Shown here in pieces: positions 8,401 to 16,907 of a stretch of 38,998 bases of DNA. Positions within the stretch are counted from its first letter, which is position 1, and every line of letters begins with the position of its first letter. The notes under the pieces were generated by a model that was given only the letters and a program-made list of their open reading frames with translations, was not told where the DNA came from and ran no database searches. The stretch spans positions 1-38,998 of the IMG/VR virus record IMGVR_UViG_3300038520_000727; one strand, 5' to 3'. The stretch comes from a virus. Lineage: Duplodnaviria; Caudoviricetes. Made by a program: the position numbers and the translations under genes.

Positions 8401-11400
8401 AAGGTATTTTTGTCATTTCCCCTGAGCCAATCTTAAACGCTAAATCTTCTTGTTGTTCTGTAAGAATAAATTGAACTTTGCCGTCCTTACCACCTTTTAG
8501 TTTGGTAGTTGGCATATATCCGATAACAGGACCAGCTTTTGCTGTTTCAGTTGGTTCGTGTGCTGTAATAGCAAACTTTCCTGTGTCCATAAAAAATGGA
8601 ACATCCTGTCTTATAGATACTAATTTGTTTGTTTCTATGACCTGTCTTTTTCCTTCAATAGGGTTAAATCCTGAAACTCTTTCTTGTAAATTAAGACGGT
8701 CGTAGTTTCTTAATCTTGTAGAATAATCGTCTGATAGTCTGCTATATAAATCAGCAACTTCATTTTGTAATTCTTTATTTGCTCCTATTTGTTTTAGTTT
8801 TTTGTTTAAATTATCAATTGCTCTATTAGAAGCTGTCTCAAACTCTATTGCTAAATCCTCATCTAATCTATAAAAGTCTTCTTTTGCAAATGCAATAGCT
8901 GTTTTAACAATACTGTCATCTATATTTCTTTTTGGTTTAAATTCGTTATTAAAAGATTGTAATTCTTCACGGTAAATACTTTTTGCCTGTCTTACATCAC
9001 TAGGAGTAATTCTAGCAGAGCCTTGCCTGTCGTAATCAAAGGTAATTCTACTTGGTCGTTCTTCGCTAACTATATTTTCACGAACAGATTCTGAAGACAT
9101 AACTTTTGCTCTTTGGCTATCTCTTCTAAGTTTCTGAACCATTTCTGTTTCACTTGTTGGCTCTGGAACCTCTGTATAAGGAGTTATTCTTGTCTTTTCA
9201 TTTTGGTAAATAATTTGCTCTAGCTTTTTAATAGCTTCTTTGTTTGCTGTCCTACCAACTGCGTCTAAACCTGATGCCGCACGAGCTATAATCGCATCCT
9301 GTAACTCTGGTACCTTCTCAATTGCTTCTCTTTCTTCTCTAGTCATAGGAGCACTTCTACTAAACTGATACCTTATGTCGGCATTATTCTTTGAGTATGT
9401 GCCCATGTTAGCAGAGGCAGATTTTAATTGAGTTGGTCTATATACAGCTAGATTTTTTCTGCCTGCTTCCTTTACATAGTAAGCATCAAATCCAGCATCT
9501 TTTATGCGTTTTTGTATGGAGGGATTTTCTATGGCTCTCCAGCTACCTCTTGAAACAGAATCTGTTTCAAAAACACCTATATCTGTTTCTATTCTAGAAA
9601 GTTCCCCTAGTGCATTAACATGGTCTGGATTCTCATAGTCAAATGGATTCTTTGCACTAACATACAAAGGCATAACATTCATGTTTGATGGCAGAAACTC
9701 TGCTAATGTGGAATAAAACAGTTGCTCTGCTTCTGCTTCTTCAGTTATATCTCTTATATACTCCCCTAAATTAGCCATATGAGCTTTCATTGGTTTGATA
9801 TCAGCCGGTAACCTATTTAAGAGTCTAAAATATTCTCCTATTAATCTAGATGCTTTTAACTTATTTCGTGTTTCATACTCCCCTAAATTGGCGTTGTATC
9901 TTTCCACAAATGTATTTATTGCATTTTCTATGTCTGCTTGATTTATAAATTTCTCAGCATTCTCTACCATGTAGTTTTGAGAAAATTTAGCAAAGTCCTC
10001 TGCAAACTCTGGGTCGTCAGTTACAAATACGCTTTTTGCTTGCTTAGGTTTAAACGTAGAAAAATTAGCACTCGTGCCATGGTACATTACCTTGGGCGAG
10101 CCGTCCGGGTTTACAATTTTAGAGTCGCCGAACCATTGTTTAAACGGCTCTGTTTCTACCGGGGCGAACTGAAATCTTACTCCTATTTCTGTGGGTCGTT
10201 TGAGCTTTGCTTGTTTTGATTCAACTGCTGACCTTGCAATTTCGGTAAACTCTGAGAAAACATCATCAAGTCGCTCTCGAATATCTTGTCTTGAGGGCCT
10301 GCTTTCTCGAAGCCTGCTGATAATAGTATTTCTATCTCTTTGTCCTGTATGGTCATAACTCCCTCCTCTTTTAAAATCAGGGTCATCTACATTATATGTA
10401 GATTTAAATCCAAAAAACTTTGGTCTACCAAAAACTTGGTCTTGGATAGAATTGTAAAAGTCAATCATCTTTCTAGCGAATAATATGTCGCTTCCAGCCA
10501 TTTGACCTTGTATGTCTCCAAAGTTTATCACTGTTAACTGGTTAGGTCTAGTTGCAGTAAATCCTATATCTGAACCTGTAGCCTGTTTTAATTTTTCTGC
10601 AAGTTGATTTGCTGAGTATCCCGGAGCATCATCTACATTTTCTTTTAAATCAAATACAAATCCAAGAGCATCTCTGTCTTTTATGTTAATGACAGGACGT
10701 AAGAATGGAACTGCGTCTTGTTTAAACACATATGCCATTGCGCGGGAAAAATCCGCAGCGTCTCTAGTTGCTTGGTCTTTATCTTTGTCGTTCTTGATTC
10801 TAATAATAAAATTAGGATTGATTGCTCCTTCATAAGAACCTTGTCCTATATCAATTCTCAAGTCACTCTCTATACCTAATATATCTTTAATTCTTTCTAC
10901 TGTAGGAAGTAAACTTTTATTTAATTTCCTTTTCTCTTCCGCAGTAAGATTGTAGAGTTGCTCATATAAAGGTCTGTTAAATAAAGTTCCAAATTTATTT
11001 ACTTTAAGTTTTGTTGATGGGAATATTTCTCCTGTTATAGCTTCTGTTCTGGCTAATATTTCATCAGAAGGTTCTTTAAATCTTTCATTAACGATTAAGG
11101 TTTTGTTAGTCAAAGCAGAACCATAATCAACTATGGCCTGATTCATTGCTATACGAAGTTTTTCTTTTCTGCTTTTATTTTTGTGTTGTCCTTTTTCTAT
11201 AAAGCGTTTAAATATGGTATATGTTTTTTGTCTGACCCATGTTGCCGCCTGTATTTGCCTTGGAGTCAAGCCCGTCTGTTCTGCCTGTAAATCAACTAAC
11301 CCTTCTGCTAAATCAAAATCGGCAGATGAAGGGACATCTTTACCAAACAACATTCTAGCCATATGGAGGTCTATGGTAGAGTCTTTTCCTCTTATTTTTT

Positions 11401-14400
11401 CTATTGCTTCTATAAAGTTTCTATAAAATGTGTTTGTTTTACGCCCTGCAAACGGTAACCCATATTCTAATAAGTCTTGTATTTTTGAATTAGCTTCTTC
11501 AAACCCAGATTTAATTGGCTCTCCTTTAGCCCACTGATTCCAAGCTGTTACAGCTTTTTTTGTATTCGCTTTCACCTCTGTGTTAGGAGAGGTCATAGCC
11601 ACAATTTGAAGAAACTTATCAGTTAAGTTCATATCATTGTCAAAAGCTTTTAGTATTTCTTGCGCTGAGTTTTCATACCAATCCTTCCCTTTTATGCCTT
11701 GGTTTAAAAACTTTTGCAATTTAGCTGAAGCTTTTTGAACTTGCTGTAAAGTGAACTTGGAATCGTCTTTCGATATTCTCTTGTTTACTCTCTCTACAAG
11801 CTCGTTTAAACGCTCTACAATTTGCTCATCCGTTAATACCTTTGGATTCTTATCTTTTTCTAGCTGGAAGAATGCTTGTTCTGATGCTGACTCTGGGTCT
11901 CTTACTGACTCTGCAAATTCACCTCTAACAATACCGCTGAATATCTGGTCTGAAGATGTAAATCCAATACCATTGAAAGCATTTTTTATAGCTTCAAAGA
12001 AAGACTTTAATCTTTCTACAATACTTCTAATACCGCCGAATGGTTTTTGTCCGCCTTTATCTCCTTCAAATAAAACTCTGTCATACTCGGCAAACGCTTC
12101 TGCTATAGCTTCTTCTCTTATAGCATCTGTGTTATCACCATAGGCTTTTTTATATCGCTCTATCTGACCTTTGGATAAGTATTTGTCTATCCAAACTTCA
12201 TCAGCTTTTTTTGTTAAAGCTTTCCATTGGCTATCTGTAAATGCTCCTAGCTCTTTTAAAGCATGAATAGCTTCGTGCTTCATAGTTTGCATAGGATTAG
12301 GGGCAGTCAAAGCAACGTGGATGACTCTTTGTACTTCTTTTATTTCATACATTCCTCTCACTGTCGGGTCGAAATCCTTATCATCAAGGATATTCATTAT
12401 GTTAATGCCGACTTTTTTTAAACCTATCTTGTTTAAAACTTTTTCTAGTCTTTTTCTTAACTCAGCTTTTTGTTTTTCATTGAGATTAATTGTTGTCTTA
12501 ACATCTTCCTTGGTTTGTAAATCAAGACCGGTTCTTCTGTTAATCTCTTCTCTGGACGCTCTTTCTAGTTCGCCTTCTTTGTTAAGGTTATCTAGGTCTA
12601 TGTTTTTTTGTAACTCAAGATTTTCTTGGTTTCTCAGGGCGTACTGTTCCGCCTGCTCTTTTGTCTCAAATGGTCCTTCTAGCTGACCATCAGGTCTGCG
12701 TACACCAAATCCCTGCCTTACATTTCTTCTTTTCTTGGCAGTCGAGGTTATCTTTGTACTGCGTTTTAACTTTTCTAAATCTTTAGATTTATCATCAATC
12801 TCTTTTCTAAGTCTAGCTATCTCATCTTTGACCTTCAGTTGTTGTTCACTTGCATCTGGTCTGACTTCGTCCTCTGTAAGAACGTCCTGATTGAGGAGTG
12901 AAGCTTTCTTGGACTCAATCGTTTTCTCTTTATCTTCAATTTCTTTTGCAATTCGTTTTGCTTTTCTAGCCCTTGTATCATTAACTTGTGCCTCGTATTT
13001 CTGTGCTTCTTCAAAAGTCTTAAACTTCTTACCGCCTTTAAGTTTCTTACCTTCTACAGTTACTTCAAAATCCGTCGGTGCTTCTTCTCCAATCTTTGCT
13101 CCCTCTACCCTTTGTCCCTCTGGGAAATCTACTGGCTCAATAGTTGAGCCATCGGGTAGGTCGCTAGGAACGTCACTGGAAAAGTTAAATGATGTTTTTA
13201 ATACTTCCCTTACTTGTGCTTTAGGGTCGTTTTTAGCCGCTTTTTCTGCTTGCCGTCTTGTATCAAACTGTGTTGTTTGAGTGCCTTTTTTAAGAGTTCT
13301 TACAACCTCAAATGCAGGTTTAGTTCTTTCCTGCAATTCTCCTCTTTCTCTGGCTGTTCTTAATATTGACTCAGCATCTGCATCTTTTTCTAATTTTGTA
13401 AAATCCTTAATCTCTTTTATTGCTTCTTCTTTACTGATGCTGTTTTTGTTATTCAGTCTTAGTGTATTTTTAAGGCCGTTTAAACCTTGTTCATACTGTT
13501 TTTCAGAGAATCTGGTAGCGTTTGTACTAAATACAGCTCCCGGATTATTGCCGATATTTTGTAAAGCCTCAAATATAGCAATACGTTTTACATTTGTTAG
13601 TCCTCTACCTTCTATAGGCTCCCCTCTAGCAAACACATCAGAACCTATTGTTCTTCTAACCAGACTGTTAAATACATCTCCTCCAGCGGTTACACCCATT
13701 TCATCTGCCAGATTTTCTATCTGTTCAAATGAGATCTTTCTATCTAAATCTATGTTTTTTTCTCGGAGTTTTGCCGCTATTATCTTATCTAGATCAGTGT
13801 CATATTGCTCTGGTTCTAATGACTCGTAAATATCTTCCATAGAGTAGGAATCTATAACCGGTCTACCTAACTCTCTTCTTCTTTTATTTATTTGGTTTTT
13901 TGTTTGAGTATCCAAACCATCTGCACTTACATTTCCTAAGAAGTTTTGAACAGGATTTGCCTCTTCTACATCTTGCACAAATACAGGGTCACTATACACA
14001 TCCTCTGGCTTAGGTTGATATCCCAGAGCCAGTGGTTCCTCTTCCTTTACAATTTCTTCTTCGGCTTTTTCTGCTTTTTCTGCAACCTCTGCTTTATCTC
14101 TGGCTAATTGCTGACGAACTTTATTAGCATCTGTTCTAGCTGTAGCTTTCTGAAACACCCTACCAGCACCACCAAGTGGGCCTCCAACAAGAGCGGCACC
14201 ATATAAAGCTTCTGCATATTCAGACATTGCTTCGTCGTCAAGAAGGTTTAAACCTGCTTGATTACGTTCTAACGCTTGTTGGAATACTTCTGTTGCACCT
14301 TCTATGCCAGCACCTTGAACTAAACCTTTTAATGCTTGCGGAGTAACTCTGCTTTTAGCTATTCCCTCTAGTCTTTTTAGTTCCTTTTCTGTGTTTTTAG

Positions 14401-15088
14401 CTTGAAATAATTTTTTAGCATCGCCTCCAAGCATTTCGCCAAATATTTTTCTACCAAATTTTGGCATCAATAAAGCAAACTCTGAAGCAGTACCTAAAGT
14501 TGCTGATTGTAAAGCATCGCTTTCATTTATATCTAAGGGCTGTCCTTTTTCTAATTTTTCAGCCGCCTGTCTTTCAATGTTACTTCCAAATAACTGTAAG
14601 AATATTGGAGTTGCGGCCCCAACAGTTCCTAAAATAAGAGAGCCCGCAGGGCCGCCGTAGCTACCGGCTAAGGCTCCTGTCCTCGCTCCTACTATAGAAG
14701 CTCCTATTATTGGGGCTTGTTCTTTTAACGCAGGTACTATTTGAGAACCTACTTCTCCGATAGCAGGAAATAATCCTCGTCTTTCGTATATGTCTTTTAC
14801 TTTTGAAAAATCTGCCCCGCCTGTAAACCTAGCTCCTATGTCTTGTTGTTCTAGCAATGCTCTTCTAGCTATTTCACGATTAGCAGATTCTGGGCTGGTT
14901 AAAGCTTCAATACCGGTTCCCACGGTTGCCTTAAAAGCTTCTAGCCCTTTAGTGAAAGGAGCTTCTTCTGGAGCTGGAAATTCTTGGGGAAACTGAGTTC
15001 TAAGAAGTTTTAACGCTTCGTCTTCTTTGATTCTATCGGGAACGCCTTTTGCAATAACCCCTGATGGTAATCTTATGTCGTATGGCAT
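5390..15088 (-). CDS. giant polyvalent internal-virion/ejection protein (HExxH metallopeptidase, HhH-glycosylase-like, ADP-ribosyltransferase-like and LPD38-like domains)
   Basis: 3232 aa at the end of the virion operon. Contains KHEAIH...EEAIAEAF; WY..SP..N..K..F..TIDLH..QAATW; FKQWFGDSK..YHGT..NPFD..PTQLKS; and C-terminal PVPFELG..PER..N.SFFTG..IV. Confidence 0.85.
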   Translation of the reverse strand: MPYDIRLPSGVIAKGVPDRIKEDEALKLLRTQFPQEFPAPEEAPFTKGLEAFKATVGTGIEALTSPESANREIARRALLEQQDIGARFTGGADFSKVKDIYERRGLFPAIGEVGSQIVPALKEQAPIIGASIVGARTGALAGSYGGPAGSLILGTVGAATPIFLQLFGSNIERQAAEKLEKGQPLDINESDALQSATLGTASEFALLMPKFGRKIFGEMLGGDAKKLFQAKNTEKELKRLEGIAKSRVTPQALKGLVQGAGIEGATEVFQQALERNQAGLNLLDDEAMSEYAEALYGAALVGGPLGGAGRVFQKATARTDANKVRQQLARDKAEVAEKAEKAEEEIVKEEEPLALGYQPKPEDVYSDPVFVQDVEEANPVQNFLGNVSADGLDTQTKNQINKRRRELGRPVIDSYSMEDIYESLEPEQYDTDLDKIIAAKLREKNIDLDRKISFEQIENLADEMGVTAGGDVFNSLVRRTIGSDVFARGEPIEGRGLTNVKRIAIFEALQNIGNNPGAVFSTNATRFSEKQYEQGLNGLKNTLRLNNKNSISKEEAIKEIKDFTKLEKDADAESILRTARERGELQERTKPAFEVVRTLKKGTQTTQFDTRRQAEKAAKNDPKAQVREVLKTSFNFSSDVPSDLPDGSTIEPVDFPEGQRVEGAKIGEEAPTDFEVTVEGKKLKGGKKFKTFEEAQKYEAQVNDTRARKAKRIAKEIEDKEKTIESKKASLLNQDVLTEDEVRPDASEQQLKVKDEIARLRKEIDDKSKDLEKLKRSTKITSTAKKRRNVRQGFGVRRPDGQLEGPFETKEQAEQYALRNQENLELQKNIDLDNLNKEGELERASREEINRRTGLDLQTKEDVKTTINLNEKQKAELRKRLEKVLNKIGLKKVGINIMNILDDKDFDPTVRGMYEIKEVQRVIHVALTAPNPMQTMKHEAIHALKELGAFTDSQWKALTKKADEVWIDKYLSKGQIERYKKAYGDNTDAIREEAIAEAFAEYDRVLFEGDKGGQKPFGGIRSIVERLKSFFEAIKNAFNGIGFTSSDQIFSGIVRGEFAESVRDPESASEQAFFQLEKDKNPKVLTDEQIVERLNELVERVNKRISKDDSKFTLQQVQKASAKLQKFLNQGIKGKDWYENSAQEILKAFDNDMNLTDKFLQIVAMTSPNTEVKANTKKAVTAWNQWAKGEPIKSGFEEANSKIQDLLEYGLPFAGRKTNTFYRNFIEAIEKIRGKDSTIDLHMARMLFGKDVPSSADFDLAEGLVDLQAEQTGLTPRQIQAATWVRQKTYTIFKRFIEKGQHKNKSRKEKLRIAMNQAIVDYGSALTNKTLIVNERFKEPSDEILARTEAITGEIFPSTKLKVNKFGTLFNRPLYEQLYNLTAEEKRKLNKSLLPTVERIKDILGIESDLRIDIGQGSYEGAINPNFIIRIKNDKDKDQATRDAADFSRAMAYVFKQDAVPFLRPVINIKDRDALGFVFDLKENVDDAPGYSANQLAEKLKQATGSDIGFTATRPNQLTVINFGDIQGQMAGSDILFARKMIDFYNSIQDQVFGRPKFFGFKSTYNVDDPDFKRGGSYDHTGQRDRNTIISRLRESRPSRQDIRERLDDVFSEFTEIARSAVESKQAKLKRPTEIGVRFQFAPVETEPFKQWFGDSKIVNPDGSPKVMYHGTSANFSTFKPKQAKSVFVTDDPEFAEDFAKFSQNYMVENAEKFINQADIENAINTFVERYNANLGEYETRNKLKASRLIGEYFRLLNRLPADIKPMKAHMANLGEYIRDITEEAEAEQLFYSTLAEFLPSNMNVMPLYVSAKNPFDYENPDHVNALGELSRIETDIGVFETDSVSRGSWRAIENPSIQKRIKDAGFDAYYVKEAGRKNLAVYRPTQLKSASANMGTYSKNNADIRYQFSRSAPMTREEREAIEKVPELQDAIIARAASGLDAVGRTANKEAIKKLEQIIYQNEKTRITPYTEVPEPTSETEMVQKLRRDSQRAKVMSSESVRENIVSEERPSRITFDYDRQGSARITPSDVRQAKSIYREELQSFNNEFKPKRNIDDSIVKTAIAFAKEDFYRLDEDLAIEFETASNRAIDNLNKKLKQIGANKELQNEVADLYSRLSDDYSTRLRNYDRLNLQERVSGFNPIEGKRQVIETNKLVSIRQDVPFFMDTGKFAITAHEPTETAKAGPVIGYMPTTKLKGGKDGKVQFILTEQQEDLAFKIGSGEMTKIPFATYNGNFVPQTTEQNVSEANSIMEEHFNEDGTPKDEKQWVQVGYNPRRHSYFYTRHNQKPVIAADEVIQVGGLILAKKPLLGEKSQFKYQFEAEVEERLGKDTVERINKTISTVKEQELAKTVVSVTSPEGIDSIFGRFRQAFINQYEGIERLMNIAAKNLPEGFDVLRGEVNALASAVFSDFGAAVSSEAFKRGVPVLDGGITLVESVDKDGKKIHKGLMEVLEPLMARDDPDGYVFKAFQYYMSAKRSQELVAKEKARVAKVRKEIEIERARIESQFGTGPLTFEEAKRKKTLLANLPKDPKPQYTEKLFTPEDIKKADELAKTFPEFEQVRKDYQTFNRSLVKYLIDTGVLSKEMGESWMRDSFYIPFYRQMEGEETSGPRLLSGLAGQRLTPKIKGGEQKLDDFFLNVVQNTRAAIEAGLKNEAARKTISYAVRLNDPAMNVPYAMKVNKKFAGDNDVIRIREDGKDVYYRVADPLLLSSMQSFTTPHIPGIQILSKPATVLREMVTRDPGFMMANLFRDSFSAWFTSGAKGYTPIISSLKQLTQTAANMSPEAQLLMSAGVGTGYEFKANVLDTAEEVRRQMRERAGTLTGLDKAGQAPLTLWRQLEKGTTLSDISTRAAVAEQVLKNGGSRADAVYQAIEIMNFNRKGSSPIIRILAASIPFLNARIQGLDVLYRVGMGKMATKNQAARHKAFLNRALFMIASSVLYYYLAKDEEEYQTAEDEQRDLNWIVGSAKLPVPFELGILFKTIPERLSAYFMGHQKADDLAESMTRNLVSTFNFLPIPQVAKPLIEVTSNHSFFTGERIVGLGQEGIEERYQANNGTSLFARSIGENTGISPIQIDYLVRGYTGTLGSYAVMLLDSIFRGQGDPIKPTFNPEQMPVLKRFFASPEGTKPKTDFFKLREELDKAVATINHLERTGKTNELLEYLNEKQPLIDLAPYIRQLDKDLKSLRMERNFILESPSMAPELKKQTLNAIRTAEMNLLSNINQFRSYLR

Positions 15089-15089
15089 A

Positions 15090-16907
15090 TTATCGTGGTG
15101 GAGCTAATAGACTTTCAAATGCACCAGAAACATCTATCTCTTTTGGAGGTTGTCCTAAACTAGCTCCAAACTTTCCCTGATTTAAGAGGAATTGTTCTTG
15201 TGTAAGTTGTTCTCTAATTCTCCTTTCTTCTGCTATATACCTTGGGTCACTTGGAGGTAAATTCATTCCCATGGGATTCCTATCACTTGGAGGAGCGGCA
15301 TAACCTGCCATGTGTTTTCTTACATCATTTTCTATTCTTGTTATTTGGCCTGCGGTCAACTCTCCAGTTCTACTTGCTTGTGGGTTTCTGTAGTAGTATG
15401 CTTTTGCAAAATCAAGGCCTATGCCGGATTCAGCCTGTGCAATACTGAGAGCTGTGTTTATGTTTTCAGCAAACAAAGCTTTTTCAGTTCCAAGTTTTTG
15501 TAAACCCATTGTCTGGAATGTTTCTCCTCTTTGTAAGCTTCTTAATCCCGCTTCTTCAGCCCCTCTGGCATAATTATTTTCAGACTCAGCAAATGCTATC
15601 CTCGATTGTAATAAATCTTTTTTAGCATCTACAATGTCTTTTCTTCCTTCTTTGTAAGCCTTTTGGAATCCCTCTAATCCTTTTCCTAACCATTGTAAAT
15701 TTTGACCACCGGGAGACTGTAATATAGCGGCTCCTGCTTGTATCAAAGCATCATTTAGATTATCAAATTTTAATTTTTCAATTCTTTTTTCTTCTTTTTG
15801 AATTTCATCTTTTAAAAATCTTAAAGGATTTTTTATTTCTTTTTTATATTTATTTACACCTTCTTGGTACAACTCATCCGGAGCTTTACCTTTGGAAAGA
15901 AATTCTGATATATCTTTGTTGATTCTATTTATATTATCTAAGTCAGTTTTAAAACTGCTTTTTAAATTTTCTAATTTTAGTTTGGAAGCCTGCCCTATTT
16001 TGGTCATCTTAGGGTTATTTTCATCCGGCGCATTTCCTACTCCTACTTCTTTTTTTTCCGCATTTTTTTGTAAATTAAAAGTTGGGAATCCTTTTTGTTC
16101 TGGAGTTAGACCTTGTCTTATTAGAGCATCTTGTATAATTTTTTGATTTCTTGGGTCACTTGCAACTCTTTCTCTCATTGTTTTTATTTCTGGGTTATCT
16201 AAGTAATCTTTACTCAAACGACCTTCGGGTCCGGAAGGAATTATGTTACCAGAGCTATCTCTAATGATGTTTCTCCCAACTCTTATACCTCCTTCTTCCT
16301 CTCCTTGTATTCTCTTTAATCTTTCTGCCAGACTTTCTTGCGCCTCTTCTATTTCTTTAGGGTCAGTAGAGAAGTATTCAGTGATTGTATCTTTAGCCGC
16401 TCCCGGTGCCTCTAAAAGACTTCTTCCGCTTACTCCAAGAAAATCCATAATCTTCTCTCCTGTCGGTCCTATAAATTCTTGAAACCCAGACTTAACAGGA
16501 GGTTGGAACTCTTCTAATTCTTCTTGTGTGTCTTCAATTGTTACAGAACCGCCATTATCAAAAGCAACCAACCCTCCATCAGCCATTTGCTGTGGTTGCG
16601 GTTGTGGTCTTGGAGGCATAGGCATTCTTTGTGGTTGTCTAGGCATTTGTTGAGGGGGGCCAGCCATTGCCACATCTTGTGCGGCAAGACTTTGCGCAGC
16701 TTGTGGAATAGCGTTTAAACCCATTACATCCTCTGCCACTGTTGTACCGGGCTCTTGCTTCGCAACATTGTCACGCATTCTTTTTCTTCTTGTTAACTCA
16801 GAAACTACAAGATAAGCCGGATATGCTCCGGTAGGATTTGTAACTTCGTTCTGTAAGAATGAGTCAGGTACGTCTTTAAGTTGCTCTGATAATTGTATTA
16901 AGTTCAT
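15090..16907 (-). CDS. putative internal virion (ejection) protein
   Basis: 605 aa, largely helical; P/Q-rich linker followed by MADGG/FDNGG; amphipathic 'ALIQAGAAIL...LGKGLEGF' segment; lies just upstream of the giant gene. Confidence 0.6.
   Translation of the reverse strand: MNLIQLSEQLKDVPDSFLQNEVTNPTGAYPAYLVVSELTRRKRMRDNVAKQEPGTTVAEDVMGLNAIPQAAQSLAAQDVAMAGPPQQMPRQPQRMPMPPRPQPQPQQMADGGLVAFDNGGSVTIEDTQEELEEFQPPVKSGFQEFIGPTGEKIMDFLGVSGRSLLEAPGAAKDTITEYFSTDPKEIEEAQESLAERLKRIQGEEEGGIRVGRNIIRDSSGNIIPSGPEGRLSKDYLDNPEIKTMRERVASDPRNQKIIQDALIRQGLTPEQKGFPTFNLQKNAEKKEVGVGNAPDENNPKMTKIGQASKLKLENLKSSFKTDLDNINRINKDISEFLSKGKAPDELYQEGVNKYKKEIKNPLRFLKDEIQKEEKRIEKLKFDNLNDALIQAGAAILQSPGGQNLQWLGKGLEGFQKAYKEGRKDIVDAKKDLLQSRIAFAESENNYARGAEEAGLRSLQRGETFQTMGLQKLGTEKALFAENINTALSIAQAESGIGLDFAKAYYYRNPQASRTGELTAGQITRIENDVRKHMAGYAAPPSDRNPMGMNLPPSDPRYIAEERRIREQLTQEQFLLNQGKFGASLGQPPKEIDVSGAFESLLAPPR

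Noticed and set aside
5445-14996. Many + strand ORFs (60-180 aa) within the giant gene
   Set aside because: They are antisense shadows of a long coding frame, rich in S/L/F, with no RBS or motifs.
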